Numbered from the stretch's first letter, positions 38,702 to 51,033 are shown. The stretch is DNA of 64,000 bases from Planctomycetota bacterium (GCA_965223545.1 OZ245006.1:3200001-3264000); one strand, 5' to 3'. Numbers and translations: made by a program. Notes: generated by a model from the letters alone, not told the origin.

Positions 38702-39727
38702 ATGTCGTCTGCTTACCCTCCCGCGACGCGCTTCGCCTTCCACGCAGCACTCTGGCTGGCCGGTGCCACCGCCCCCGCCCAGGGCCCCACCCTGACGACC
38801 GCCACCCCGACAGGAGTCTGGGCGACCGACGGCAGCACGACGGTCGTGCAGGCGATCCCGGCCAACCAGGCGATCGGGCAGCGCGCCGAGGCCGCCGCGG
38901 TGATCGGCCGCGAAGCGTGGGCCGCGCTCTCGGCCGAAGCGATCGGCCCGGACCTGTTCTCGATCACCGAGAACGCGGCAGTGCTGCGCGGACCGGCAGC
39001 ACCGGCCGCCGGTACGACCGCATCGAGCGGCGGACCCGGCTCGACGCCGGGACCACACGACTTCGTGCTCAAGGCTCCCTCGACCGCGGCCCAGCCACTG
39101 CAGCTGTCGCTCGCCCTGCGCGGCTCGGCGACCCCCGGCGCGCAGTTGCTGGTGGCGATCGACGTCGGCGTCGATGGCAGCTTCGAGTGGCAGCAGCTGG
39201 TGACCGGAACGGTGGAGTCCGCGGTCCTGCCGCTGACCGGCCCGGCGGGCACCGACGTGCTCGTGCAGCTGACGGGCAGTGTCAGCCTGCCGGCCGGCGC
39301 CACCGGGGCGCGCTACGCGGCGGTGCTCGACCTCGACGTCCAACCGCTCGGCGAGCAACCGTGCGGCATCACCCAGCTCGGCACCACGTGCGGCGCGATC
39401 CTGACCGGCGCAGACCAAGTCGGACCAGGCAGTACGCACCGCTTCGCGCTGACCATGAACAGCGCCCTGCCGTCGACACCCGTGGTCTGGGTGTTGGGCA
39501 ATGGAATGGTCAACCTGCCGCTGCCCAACAGCACCTGCCGCTTGCTGGTGGCGCCGCTGGTCGGAGTGCCAGGGAACACCGACGCCGCCGGCACGGCCCG
39601 GCTGGCAGCCTCCGCCACCGGCCCGTTGGGCGGCCGCGTTTGGATTCAGGCCGTTCCGGTCGTCGTGCCGGCGGTGGGTGCGCCGGTGCTGCACAGCAGC
39701 AACGCGCTGCTCATCGACTGCCATTGA
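38702..39727 (+). CDS. Secreted hypothetical protein with shared C-terminal domain
   Basis: Signal peptide ending APA-Q; C-terminus GTTCG..CRLLV..WIQAV..SSNALLI. Confidence 0.7.
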   Translation: MSSAYPPATRFAFHAALWLAGATAPAQGPTLTTATPTGVWATDGSTTVVQAIPANQAIGQRAEAAAVIGREAWAALSAEAIGPDLFSITENAAVLRGPAAPAAGTTASSGGPGSTPGPHDFVLKAPSTAAQPLQLSLALRGSATPGAQLLVAIDVGVDGSFEWQQLVTGTVESAVLPLTGPAGTDVLVQLTGSVSLPAGATGARYAAVLDLDVQPLGEQPCGITQLGTTCGAILTGADQVGPGSTHRFALTMNSALPSTPVVWVLGNGMVNLPLPNSTCRLLVAPLVGVPGNTDAAGTARLAASATGPLGGRVWIQAVPVVVPAVGAPVLHSSNALLIDCH

Positions 39728-39923
39728 GCCTCCGGCGCCTCGAATCGTCGAGCGTCGACAACATTCTCGAGGCGACGTCGCCGCCTTGGCAGCGACGCTG
39801 CCGCGCCGGAGGCTCGGAGAGACAGTGCCTTCTGGCTCAGCGCGGCGGCGGATGGGTCGGACCTTCCAAAGCGTTCCGGCAAGAGCGGCATCCGAGTTTG
39901 GTTGCGGCCGTGGCCGCGCTGAG
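39725..39923. repeat. About 200-bp double-hairpin intergenic element, copy 1
   Basis: GAGCCTCCGGCGC (39726-38) / GCGCCGGAGGCTC (39803-15) and CTCAGCGCGGC (39836-46) / GCCGCGCTGAG (39913-23); homologous to 47414-47619. Confidence 0.8.
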
Positions 39924-39925
39924 GG

Positions 39926-41311
39926 TCACGATCCGGCGATCAGCAGCAGCCCATTCGACCACTCGAGCCCTCCAGCGCCATCGGTCACGACCGTCTGGGC
40001 CGTGATGACGAGGCCGCTGATCGCCGCCGTGGCCGGCACCGCATAGCCGAGCACCAGACCACCCCGCACGCCGGTGACGAAGGGCACCACGACGTCGGGG
40101 CTCGGGTACACCGTACAGGCCCCCGCGGCACGCAAGCTCGGCCGCCCGGTGCCCAACAGAAGTGCTCCCATCGATCCCGGTACCCCCCCGACCATGCGCA
40201 GCGTCGGGCGCGTGCCGAGCCGCGGCTCATCGCCGTCGAGCTGGGGTACGACCGGCCGGGCGCCGCAACCGACGCCGAGCGGCGCGACCGCGGCGGTGCC
40301 GGACAACGGATCGAGACGCACCATGCGGGGCATTCCCTGGCCGTCCAACGCGTGCACGAGGATCTGGCCCGCGTCGTTGATGTCCCTCGCGCTTCGCAGC
40401 GAGAGGCCGGTGCCCGCGGGAATCAGGGTGTTGAGGTCGCGCATGCCGCTCGCGACGCTCGCGACGAAGGCCTGCGACCCGACGATGACCCGCTCTCCGA
40501 CGACGATTCCACCCGCGTTGACCCCGTACACCCGACCGTTGTCGCCGACCCTGCCGAGGTCGTGCACCACCGTGCCGTCGTCGAAGAACGCGTGCTCCGT
40601 GTTGCCACTGGCGGTCTTCATCACGCCCGCGACCTGGCCGTGCCGGTTGATGGCCATGCCGTAGCTGAAGCCGAACGGCGCCGGCATGGTCAAGTAGGTG
40701 ACCACGCCCGCCGGCGACGCGCGAAACGCGCGCGCGCCCGCGTAGCCGGTGACTTCGCCGCGGTCGTTGATGTCGTAGGCGCGGCCGTTCGCGCTCGGCA
40801 CCAGCTCGGTGGGCACGCCGGCTGCATCCCAGACGACGGGCGAGAAGCGCAGCAGGAAGTCCGGGTAGAGCGTGCCCGCCACGATCCCGCGTTGGTTGAT
40901 CGCGTGCGGCCGGGCGGGACGCGGATCGAGCTGCCGAGCCCCACCCGCGGCGTCCCAGACGTAGGCGTAGCCACTGGCTTCCCCCGCGACGCGGCCCGAG
41001 TCGTTGACCGCGCGGCCGCTCGACCCGACGCGCCCCACCAGCCCACCGGCAGGAACCGCCGCCCCGCCCGCGGGCTCGTAGAAGGCACCGAGGGCTCCGC
41101 TGGCGAGCACGCACGCGCCGGTCACGTCGCCCAACTGGGACAGACCGGCGCCGGCGCACCGCGAGCCTCCCGCGAGCCCGGACGGATAGGAGACGCGGTA
41201 AGCGGGCTGCCCGGCCAGGGCAGCCGTCAGCGTGAAGATCAGCAGGGCGGCGCTCGAGCAAATGCCGCGGCGGTCCGGGCATCCCGACGGTGGGTTCGTG
41301 TTGGCGTTCAT
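39926..41311 (-). CDS. Secreted HAF-repeat-like protein with shared C-terminal domain
   Basis: Repeats AVNDSGRVAG, AINQRGIVAG, DINDRGEVTG, AINRHGQVAG..HAF, DINDAGQI; C-terminus GVGCG..CTVY..TAQTV..WSNGLLL. Confidence 0.82.
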   Translation of the reverse strand: MNANTNPPSGCPDRRGICSSAALLIFTLTAALAGQPAYRVSYPSGLAGGSRCAGAGLSQLGDVTGACVLASGALGAFYEPAGGAAVPAGGLVGRVGSSGRAVNDSGRVAGEASGYAYVWDAAGGARQLDPRPARPHAINQRGIVAGTLYPDFLLRFSPVVWDAAGVPTELVPSANGRAYDINDRGEVTGYAGARAFRASPAGVVTYLTMPAPFGFSYGMAINRHGQVAGVMKTASGNTEHAFFDDGTVVHDLGRVGDNGRVYGVNAGGIVVGERVIVGSQAFVASVASGMRDLNTLIPAGTGLSLRSARDINDAGQILVHALDGQGMPRMVRLDPLSGTAAVAPLGVGCGARPVVPQLDGDEPRLGTRPTLRMVGGVPGSMGALLLGTGRPSLRAAGACTVYPSPDVVVPFVTGVRGGLVLGYAVPATAAISGLVITAQTVVTDGAGGLEWSNGLLLIAGS

Positions 41312-41437
41312 CGTGTTCACTAGTTGCACAGAGCAAGTTCTTAGTTGCGCCTTACAACTACTGTGCCGGCGCCGGATCGGCCACCCGTGTCCGCGGACAG
41401 CACATCCGGCCGCCCGGGGAGGTTTTCCCACATCTCA

Positions 41438-41488
41438 ACTACCGGGGTAGTCAAGGCCGATAGAGTCGCTACAACTACCGCGGTAGTT
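41438..41488. promoter_or_regulatory. Two BlaI/MecI-type operators
   Basis: ACTACCGGGGTAGT (41438-51) and perfect palindrome AACTACCGCGGTAGTT (41473-88), just upstream of blaI; resemble the ACTAC-N4-GTAGT MecI box. Confidence 0.8.
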
Positions 41489-41506
41489 CGAACACTAGAA
41501 GTCGCC

Positions 41507-41899
41507 ATGGCTGGAACCCCAATCGTCGGCGAGCTGCAGCTCGCGATCCTCCGCGTTCTTTGGGAACGCGGTGAAGCCACCGTCGCCGACGTGCACGCTG
41601 CACTGCTCGACGCCCGCGGCCTGGCACCGACCACCGTCGCCACGATGTTGACCAAGATGGAACGGAAGGGGGTCGTCACGCACCGCACCGACCGGCGTCG
41701 CTTCATCTACCGCGCTGTCGTCGCGGAAGACGCCGTACACCGCTCGATGGTGCGAGAACTGGTCGACCGCGCCTTCGACGGGGATCCAGCCGCGCTGGTC
41801 CACCATCTGGTCCGCGAGGGAGAGATCGATGCCCGCGAGCTCGACTCTTTGCGCGCGCTGGTTCGAAGCCGCCGCGCGGGAGACGGTCGCGATGCCTGA
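41507..41899 (+). CDS. BlaI/MecI/CopY family repressor
   Basis: ELQLAILRVLWERGEATVADVH..LAPTTVATMLTKMERKG..RRFIYRA..LVDRAFDG. Confidence 0.92.
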   Translation: MAGTPIVGELQLAILRVLWERGEATVADVHAALLDARGLAPTTVATMLTKMERKGVVTHRTDRRRFIYRAVVAEDAVHRSMVRELVDRAFDGDPAALVHHLVREGEIDARELDSLRALVRSRRAGDGRDA

Positions 41900-43268
41900 A
41901 CCGACTTGGACCCTGACGGGGCTCGACTGGCTGCTGACGTTTGCGCTGCACAGCACGGTGCTGCTGTTGGCAGTTTGGCTCACCATCGTGCTGGTGCGCG
42001 GACTGTCGGACACCGCGCGCGAGCAGCTGTGGAAGACGGCGGTCGTCGGCGGACTGCTCACCGCCAGCTGGCAGGTCGCCACCGACGCACCGGGATTGGC
42101 AGGACACATCGTCGTGCAGTCGACGCCCGGCCCGAACGCAGCACTGCCGGCGGCGCAGGCCGCGACGCCGCCGCGTTCCAGCGCCGCACCGGCGAATGCG
42201 CCGGTGCGCCCGCCATCCCCGCCCAGCGCCGGCGCGGCACCGAACCCCGCCACGCGCGACCCCATGACCGTGCTGATGCTGCTCTACGGCGGCGTGGTCC
42301 TCGTCGGGCTGACCCAGCTCGCGCACAGGCGATGGCTGCTGCACCGGTGGCTGCGCGACCGCAAGCTCATCGTCGACGGTCCACTGCCGCTGCAGCTGCT
42401 GCGATTGACCGAGCGGGCCGGGTTGCGGCGGGCCGTCCGCCTGACCGAGTCCGCCCGTCTGAACACGCCGATCGCATTCGGCATCGGCCAGCCGGAGATC
42501 TGCATTCCGGCCCGCGCGCGGACCGAGCTCGACGTCGAACAGCAGGAAGCGATGCTCGCGCACGAGCTCGCCCACCTCGCGCACGGCGATCCGCAGTGGC
42601 TTTTGGCCCGTGAGATCCTCCAGCGGGTGCTGTTTTGGCAGCCGCTGCTTTGGGTGGCCGCGCGGCAGCTCGACCGCTTGGCCGAGTACCGTTGCGACGC
42701 CTGGGCCTCCCGCCACGCCCCGCGCGTTCCGCTCGCCCAGTGCCTGGTCGAAGTCGCGGGCTGGCTCCGGCCGGCGGACCGAGCTCCCGCCGGAGCACCG
42801 GCGATGGCGACGCCGCGGTCGATGCTGCGCCAGCGCGTCGACCGCATCCTGGCGGAGCCCGGCGCGGCGCCGCGGCGCGGTGACGGGCGTGGCTTGGGCC
42901 TGCTGCTGCTGATCACGGTCGCCTTGGCCCTGCCATCGGCGTCGTGGGGCCGATCGCAAACAGCACCGGTGCCCGCCGAGCACAACGACGCACCGGACCC
43001 GCTGTCGCTGCCCGTCGGTCTGGACGCGCTGCACGACGAGCTCTCGCTGCTCGATGCCGAGCTCGCCAGCCTGCAACGGCTCGCGGCGCGGCGCGACGAC
43101 CCGGAGATCCACAGCCTGCTCAGTCACATCGAGGCCGCCGCCGCCGAGCTCCGCGCTCAGCGCGCACGCCTGCTCACTCTGCTGCCCGCCGCACTGGACG
43201 CCTTGCGCGCGCGCGATCCGGCCGCGGCGGACAGCGTTTCAACCGAAAGCCCAGGAGAACGACCATGA
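41892..43268 (+). CDS. BlaR1-like M56 metallopeptidase (no penicillin-binding domain)
   Basis: TM helices; TPIAFG..PEICIP, LAHELAH, FWQPLLW, EYRCD, LRQRVDRIL. Confidence 0.9.
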   Translation: MPEPTWTLTGLDWLLTFALHSTVLLLAVWLTIVLVRGLSDTAREQLWKTAVVGGLLTASWQVATDAPGLAGHIVVQSTPGPNAALPAAQAATPPRSSAAPANAPVRPPSPPSAGAAPNPATRDPMTVLMLLYGGVVLVGLTQLAHRRWLLHRWLRDRKLIVDGPLPLQLLRLTERAGLRRAVRLTESARLNTPIAFGIGQPEICIPARARTELDVEQQEAMLAHELAHLAHGDPQWLLAREILQRVLFWQPLLWVAARQLDRLAEYRCDAWASRHAPRVPLAQCLVEVAGWLRPADRAPAGAPAMATPRSMLRQRVDRILAEPGAAPRRGDGRGLGLLLLITVALALPSASWGRSQTAPVPAEHNDAPDPLSLPVGLDALHDELSLLDAELASLQRLAARRDDPEIHSLLSHIEAAAAELRAQRARLLTLLPAALDALRARDPAAADSVSTESPGERP

Positions 43269-44368
43269 TCCGTTCGAAGCATCCGCTCGCGCTCGGCGCG
43301 ACTCTCATCATCCTCGCGTCGCCCGCCGTGGCGGCCCCGCAAGACCGCGGCGAACGCGCGCGCAATCCCCTGCACTCCCAACTGAAAGAGGTCGAGAGCT
43401 ACGTCAGCCAACTGCAGGCCGAGCTCGACGCCTTGAAGGCACGAGGAGAACACGCGAAGGCCGACGTAACCGCTGCCGAGCTGCAGGCGCTCGAGCAACA
43501 GTACGCGAACCTCACCGACCTGCTGCACCGAGACGCGCAGCGCACGACCGACGGGCAAGACGCCAAGGCCAAACGGCACAACCTGCAGCAGTTTCGCCAA
43601 CACCTGCTGCAGAACTACGAGCGCGAGCGCGCGGACCTGCTCGAGAGCGCAAAGCGCGATCTGGCGGTCGCCGAGAAGCGGCTCGAAGACGAGGTCCACG
43701 ACCTGCAGGTGGCCCGCGATCACGCGCAGATGGACTACCAGCGCGCGCTGGACAGGATGAACAGCACGCTGGCAAGCGAGAACGCGGAGGTCACTGACCT
43801 GACCGCACAGCTGCACGTGGAGCTGGAAGCCAAGCTCGACGACCTCAAGAAGGCGGCGGCCGGTGAGGAGGCGATGCAGTCGGTGATCACACAACACGAA
43901 CGCCAGCTGGCCGCTCTGCAAGACCAGCGCGTGCGGGCCGAGCGCGACGCCACCGTCGCCCGCGAAGACCTCGAGCAACAGCTGCACCACCAGCTGCAAC
44001 GCCACGAGGTGCAGCTCGACCGATTGCGCCAGCGCGTCGCAACGGAGCGCGCCGACACCGAGGCCAAATCGCAGCACCAGCTCGAACGCCTCGAGGTCCG
44101 ACTGCAACAGCAGCTCGCCGATCTCGACCAACACCGGCAGCGCTTGGAACAGGACCTGCGCACCCGGCACGAGAACCTCGATCGCGAGCGCGCCGCGGCG
44201 CGCGCCGACCGGCGCCCGCGCGCAGCCAACCCCGAGACAACGGAAGGCTCGGCCCCGGTCGTGCTGCAGATGCAGCAGTCGGTGAACGAGCTGCGCGAGG
44301 AGGTGCGCGAGCTGCGCGGCCTGGTGCGGCAGCTCGAGCGCCTGCTGCGCCACAAGCAACCCCACTGA
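43265..44368 (+). CDS. Secreted long coiled-coil protein
   Basis: ATGA-coupled to the M56 gene; signal peptide ending AVA-A; heptad-rich L/E/Q/R body. Confidence 0.75.
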   Translation: MIRSKHPLALGATLIILASPAVAAPQDRGERARNPLHSQLKEVESYVSQLQAELDALKARGEHAKADVTAAELQALEQQYANLTDLLHRDAQRTTDGQDAKAKRHNLQQFRQHLLQNYERERADLLESAKRDLAVAEKRLEDEVHDLQVARDHAQMDYQRALDRMNSTLASENAEVTDLTAQLHVELEAKLDDLKKAAAGEEAMQSVITQHERQLAALQDQRVRAERDATVAREDLEQQLHHQLQRHEVQLDRLRQRVATERADTEAKSQHQLERLEVRLQQQLADLDQHRQRLEQDLRTRHENLDRERAAARADRRPRAANPETTEGSAPVVLQMQQSVNELREEVRELRGLVRQLERLLRHKQPH

Positions 44369-44425
44369 CCGGGAGCCCGGCGCCGCTGGTCGCCACCCGG
44401 CCTCTCGGCTACAGTCCGGGGCACC

Positions 44426-47416
44426 ATGCGCCGGACGCTGCCAGCGGGCTGGCTGGTGTTGGCCTTGGGCGGCACCGGCGGCGCGATCGTCGCGCAAGAC
44501 GTCGCCAACCTCCTGCCGAACTCCTCGTTCGAGGCCGCCGCCGGCGACGAGGGGGACCTGGCGACCACACCGGCAGATTGGCACCGCCGCACGTGGAGCG
44601 GTGCACCGCGCTTCGCGCTCGACCTCGCGGTGGCCCGCACCGGGGAGGGCAGCGTGCGCATCGACTCGACCGAGGGCGCCGACGCCAGCTGGAGCACCGA
44701 GGTCGAGGTCCAGCCACACACGCGCTACCGGTTGAGCGGCTGGGTGCGGAGCCGCGGCCTGCTGGCCGGCAGCGGGCGCGGCGCACAGCTGGGCGTGCAC
44801 CAGCTGCAGTTGCGCGCCGCGACCCGCGCTGTCCACGGTGACCAGGACTGGACCGAGCTCGCGATCGAGTTCGACAGCGGCGCGCACGACCGCCTGCTCT
44901 TCAACCTACTGTTCGGCGGCTGGGGCCGGTCAACGGGGACGGTGTGGTTCGACGACGTGGCGCTGATCGACCTGACCCCACCGCTTCCCGAGCTGACCGA
45001 CGCGGCGGCACACGCGTGGTACCGAGAGCGCGTGCATCCGATTCTGCAGACGCACTGCTACAAGTGCCATGGGCCGGAATCCGAGCTGCGCGGCCACCTG
45101 TTCCTGGGCAACCGCGAGAGCGTGCTGCGCGGCGGCGAGTCGGGACCCGCGATCTCGCTGGAAGAGCCGCGCAACAGCCTGCTGCTGCGCGCAGTGCAGT
45201 ACGAGGTGTTCGAGATGCCGCCGAAGCGCAAGCTGGCGGCCGAGCACATCGAGACCCTGCGCACGTGGGTGCGGTTGGGGGCGCCGTTCGACCCGGCCCT
45301 GGCCAGCGCCACGCCGGCGGCACTGTCGGCGGAGAAGCCACCGCTGATCACCGAGGCCGCGCGGGCGCACTGGGCCTTTCAGCCGGTCGATCAGCCGGGT
45401 CCGCCGGCCGACGGCAGTGATGACGCACCGATCGACCGCTTCGTCCGCGCCCGGCTGGCGGAGCAGGGCCTCGACCTCGCACCGCGCGCCGACCGCGCGA
45501 CGCTGATCCGCCGCCTCTATCACGACGTGCTCGGGCTACCGCCGACCCCGGCCGCGGTGCGCGCCTTCGTCGCCGACCCGTCACCGGATGCCTGGCCGGC
45601 ACTCGTCGACTCCGTGTTGGCGTCTCCGCACTACGGCGAACGCTGGGGCCGGCATTGGCTGGACGTGGTGCGCTATGCCGAGACCAACAGCTTCGAGCGG
45701 GACGGCAGAAAGCCGTTTGCCTGGCGCTACCGCGACTGGGTGATCGATGCGTTCAACGCCGACATGCCGTACGACCGCTTCCTGCTCGAACAGCTCGCCG
45801 GCGACGAGCTGGCACCGCAAGACCCGGGCGCGCGGATCGCCACCGGCTACTACCGGCTGGGACAATGGGACGACGAGCCAGCCGACCCGGAGCAAGCCCG
45901 CTTCGACGAGCTCGACGACATCCTCACCACGACCGCGCAGGGGATGCTCGGCCTCACGCTCAACTGCGCGCGCTGTCACGACCACAAGCTCGACCCGTTT
46001 CCGCAGACCGACTACTACCGCATGCTCGCGTTCTTTCGCGGCGTCCGGCGCTACGGAGTCCGGTCGCCGGCGAGCGTGGAAGAACGCTCGGTGCGGGTCA
46101 TCGCCAGCGCCGAGGAGCAGCGGGAGCACGCGGATCAGATCGAGCGACACCAGGCCGCGCTCGCCGCACTGCAAACCCGGATCGAAGCCCTCGCGGACCG
46201 CGCGCGGCCACGGTTCTCGCCAGTCGACCACGAGGAGTTCGCGCACGAGCGCAACCAGCTCGCGATCCTGTCCAAGCACGTCGGCGAGAGTTTCGATCGC
46301 GCCGCACTGACCGAGTTCGAGGCGCTCCTCGGCGAGCGGGATGCGCTGCGCCGCGCGCCGCCGCCGGCGTTGGCGCAAGCGCTGTGCGTCACCGAGCGCG
46401 CCGCCCCACTGCCGGCGACCCACGTCCTGATCCGCGGCAATCCGCACGTGCAGGGGCCGCCGGTCGAGCCGGGAGTGCCGGAGGTGCTCGGCGTTGCCGA
46501 CCCCGCCATCGAGCCCCCGCCGCAAGGGGAGAGCAGCGGCCGGCGACTGGCCCTGGCGCGCTGGATCGCCAGCGCCGACAACCCGCTGACCCCGCGGGTG
46601 ATCGTCAATCGCATCTGGCAACACCACTTTGGCCGGGGCATCGTCGCGCAGGCCAACGACTTCGGCACGCAGAGCACACCACCGACACACCGCCGGCTGC
46701 TCGACTGGCTGGCCGCCGAGCTGGTCGCGCGCGGCTGGCGCCTCAAAGCGCTGCACCGGCTCATCCTGTTGTCCCGCACCTGGTGCCAGGATTTCCGGCG
46801 GCACCCGCAGGCCGAGCGCGTCGATCCCGACAACACCCTGCTGTGGCGCTTCGAGCCGCGGCGGATGACCGCCGAGGAAGTGCGCGACTCGATGTTGGCG
46901 GTCAGCGGCCAGCTCGACCGGGCGATGCACGGGCCGAGTGTCCATCCCGAGATTCCCGCCGCGGTGCTGGCCGGACAGTCGCGGCCCGGTGACGGCTGGC
47001 CGACCACGCCGGCGCCGGCGGCCAATCGGCGCAGCATCTACGTGCACGCCAAGCGCTCGTTGCGCCTCCCGCTGATCGAGGCGTTCGACGCGGCCGACAC
47101 CGACTTCACCTGCCCGGTGCGCTTTCAGACCATCCAGCCAACCCAGGCGCTGACGCTGCTCAACGGTGATTTCGCCGTTCGTCAAGCGGCGTCGTTCGCC
47201 GGCGATCTGTACCGCGTGCTGCCGGACGACCCGGACGGCCGCGTCGCGCTCGCGCTCTGGCGTACGACTCAGCGGCCGCCGCGATCCGACGAGGTCACGC
47301 GCGGGGCCGCGTTCGTCGAGTCGCTCCGGCAGTCCGAGGGCTACGACGCCGAGGACGCACTGGCCCGCTTCTGCCTGCTGACCTACAACCTCAACGAGTT
47401 CGTGTACTTGCGATGA
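44426..47416 (+). CDS. Planctomycete cytochrome c / DUF1549 / DUF1553 protein with N-terminal CBM4/9-like domain
   Basis: NLLPNSSFE..YRLSGWVR..VWFDDV; CYKCH; HWAFQP, SPHYGERWGRHWLDVVRYAE, CARCHDHK, NPLTPRVIVNRIWQHHFGRG, RRSIY, NLNEF. Confidence 0.92.
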   Translation: MRRTLPAGWLVLALGGTGGAIVAQDVANLLPNSSFEAAAGDEGDLATTPADWHRRTWSGAPRFALDLAVARTGEGSVRIDSTEGADASWSTEVEVQPHTRYRLSGWVRSRGLLAGSGRGAQLGVHQLQLRAATRAVHGDQDWTELAIEFDSGAHDRLLFNLLFGGWGRSTGTVWFDDVALIDLTPPLPELTDAAAHAWYRERVHPILQTHCYKCHGPESELRGHLFLGNRESVLRGGESGPAISLEEPRNSLLLRAVQYEVFEMPPKRKLAAEHIETLRTWVRLGAPFDPALASATPAALSAEKPPLITEAARAHWAFQPVDQPGPPADGSDDAPIDRFVRARLAEQGLDLAPRADRATLIRRLYHDVLGLPPTPAAVRAFVADPSPDAWPALVDSVLASPHYGERWGRHWLDVVRYAETNSFERDGRKPFAWRYRDWVIDAFNADMPYDRFLLEQLAGDELAPQDPGARIATGYYRLGQWDDEPADPEQARFDELDDILTTTAQGMLGLTLNCARCHDHKLDPFPQTDYYRMLAFFRGVRRYGVRSPASVEERSVRVIASAEEQREHADQIERHQAALAALQTRIEALADRARPRFSPVDHEEFAHERNQLAILSKHVGESFDRAALTEFEALLGERDALRRAPPPALAQALCVTERAAPLPATHVLIRGNPHVQGPPVEPGVPEVLGVADPAIEPPPQGESSGRRLALARWIASADNPLTPRVIVNRIWQHHFGRGIVAQANDFGTQSTPPTHRRLLDWLAAELVARGWRLKALHRLILLSRTWCQDFRRHPQAERVDPDNTLLWRFEPRRMTAEEVRDSMLAVSGQLDRAMHGPSVHPEIPAAVLAGQSRPGDGWPTTPAPAANRRSIYVHAKRSLRLPLIEAFDAADTDFTCPVRFQTIQPTQALTLLNGDFAVRQAASFAGDLYRVLPDDPDGRVALALWRTTQRPPRSDEVTRGAAFVESLRQSEGYDAEDALARFCLLTYNLNEFVYLR

Positions 47417-47613
47417 GCCTCAGGGTCCGAAAATCTTCGCGCGGCGACAACCTCTCGGAAGGCTCGATGCCGCTGGAACTTCGACAACGCAGCTCCCGGA
47501 GGCTCGAAGACAACACTGGCCTCTGGGCTCAGCGCGGCCGCCGGCGACCGCGGGACCCGCGAACGACGCTCGGGTCGCCGAATGCTCCGCGTTTGGTTGC
47601 GGCCTCGGCCGCG

Positions 47614-47619
<6 letters not shown>
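47414..47619. repeat. About 200-bp double-hairpin intergenic element, copy 2
   Basis: GAGCCTC (47415) / GAGGCTC (to 47505); GCTCAGCGCGGCCG (47527-40) / CGGCCGCGATGAGC (47606-19); shares CGACAAC and GTTTGGTTGCGGCC with copy 1. Confidence 0.8.
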
Positions 47620-49076
<1,457 letters not shown>

Positions 49077-49080
<4 letters not shown>

Positions 49081-50162
49081 GTCGTGGGGCGATGGGACGC
49101 CATCGGCATTCGCTCGCCCGACGATTGCTGCTGGCGGCCATCGCTCTCGGCTGCGCCCTCGGGGCCGGTGAGCTCGCGGTGCGCATGCTGCCGGAGGAGA
49201 CCCTCGGCTTTCGCTGCAACGGCGAGGTCTTTCGCCGACCACGCGAGTTCATCGCCGACCAGACCAAGAACCGGCTGGGGTTCCACGACGTCGAGCACAC
49301 CGCGATCGGCGAACCCGGCGTGCAGCGGCTGATCCTGCTCGGCGACTCGTTCGTCGAATCCAAGTCGGTCGCCATGCACGAGATCGTCGGCCAGCGCTTG
49401 CAACACCACCTGGAGACGGCGAGCGGAACGCGTTGGGAGGTGATGTCGCTGGGCGTTTCCGGCTGGGGCCAGACGCACCAGCTGGAAGCCCTGCGGCGGT
49501 TCGGCCCGCGGTTCCATCCCGCTGTCGTGGTGACCCTGTTCTTGCACATGAACGACCTGAGCGACAACGCCCCCGAGCTGAAGACGCTGTCGATGCAGGA
49601 GCAGCGCGCGATGAGCCGGGTCCAGCCCGGCTGGGGGACGATGAGGGTCGACCAAGCGCCGCTGCTGTTGGTGCGCAGCTCGGTGCTCAACCAGCTGCTC
49701 TCCCACCGCCTGGCGCAGCTGTCGGTGATGCGCAGCGAGAAGATCCCCACGTCCTACCTGGTGTACGAGGACCCGATCGACGTGCGGTTCGAGCGCGCTT
49801 GGCGCATCACGGCGCGGGCGATCCGCGCCACGCACGCCCTGTGCAAGAGCCTGGGGGCGCGCTACCTGATCGCCTCGGCGCCCACTCCGCACGGCGTCCT
49901 CGGCCCCGACGCCGGCCTCGACTACCTGACCGACGCCTACCCGGCGATGGCCGAGCGCGATTGGGATCTCACCGCTCCGGATCGGCGCATGGCGCGCATC
50001 TGCAAACGCAACGCGATCCCGTTTCTCCAGCTCGAGCCGGAGTTCGCCCGCCGCACAGCGAGCGGAGAGGTGCTCCACTTCCCGTTCGACGGCCACTGGA
50101 ACGCCGCGGGCAACGATCTCGGCGGCCGGCTGATCGCCGACTTCGTCGCCGCCAACGGCTGA
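49077..50162 (+). CDS. SGNH/GDSL hydrolase-like protein
   Basis: N-terminal TM; NRLGFHD, LLGDSF, GVSGWG, MND, DGHWNAAG. Confidence 0.85.
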
Positions 50163-50175
50163 GATGGTGGTCGCG

Positions 50176-51033
50176 TCAGCGACCCCGGGGCGGCGCTCCC
50201 ATTGCCATGCCGAGCAGCCCCTCGACGACCTCGGCGAACTCCTCTTCGGTGTTCGCTTGCTCGAGCTGGCTGACCGCCGAACCGGCCAGGGTCAAGAACA
50301 TCCGGGCCTGCGTCGAGCTGGCCGAGCTCGAGGCGGCCATCGCGTCGATCCGCTCGCGCATCCGCGCGACTTCCGACGACCAGTCGTCCACCATGTCGAC
50401 CGGCAGCCATCGGCCCTCGACGCGCTTCAGCTCGAGAGTCGACGGCGACTCTCCCGGCGTCGACAGCGAGAGCTTGGCGCGGTCCGCCGAGCTGGTGAGC
50501 ACATCGACCGTCATTCCGCGCAGCTTGGCCAGTGGGTCGTCCGCCGACTGACTGGCACCGCGGCGGAGGTGCTCCATGAACCGCGCGCCGTCGGTGGCCA
50601 GAAAGGCGCCGACGTCGATCTGCGCCAGCTTGCCGCTGTCGGCGAGATCGCTGGAGACGATCGCATCGAGCATGCCGACGAACGCGTCCCAGCCGGCCTC
50701 GACGTCGCTGTCGACCTGGCTGGCGATCATCGGGTGCGCCAGGATCAGCTCCTTCTTGGTCCGCAGCAGGCCGACGACGCGCCGCGCCAAGTCGAAGCTC
50801 TCGTCGTACAGCTCGGGATCGACCCCCGCACCGAACGCCCGCGCCAGCGCGGTGACGTCGTCGCGATAGCTCGGCGGCAACGCCGCCCACAGGACTGCGG
50901 GCCGGCCGGCCCCGAGATGCGACACCACGGCCTCGACCGTCCCCTTGGCATCGCCGGGCAGAGTGATCGCATCACCGCCACCGCAACCACCGACCAAACC
51001 ACAGGTCACCAACCCGACTGCAACGCGCTTCAT
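50176..51033 (-). CDS. Hypothetical lipoprotein
   Basis: MKRVAVGLVTCGLVGGC lipobox; helical body. Confidence 0.7.
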   Translation of the reverse strand: MKRVAVGLVTCGLVGGCGGGDAITLPGDAKGTVEAVVSHLGAGRPAVLWAALPPSYRDDVTALARAFGAGVDPELYDESFDLARRVVGLLRTKKELILAHPMIASQVDSDVEAGWDAFVGMLDAIVSSDLADSGKLAQIDVGAFLATDGARFMEHLRRGASQSADDPLAKLRGMTVDVLTSSADRAKLSLSTPGESPSTLELKRVEGRWLPVDMVDDWSSEVARMRERIDAMAASSSASSTQARMFLTLAGSAVSQLEQANTEEEFAEVVEGLLGMAMGAPPRGR

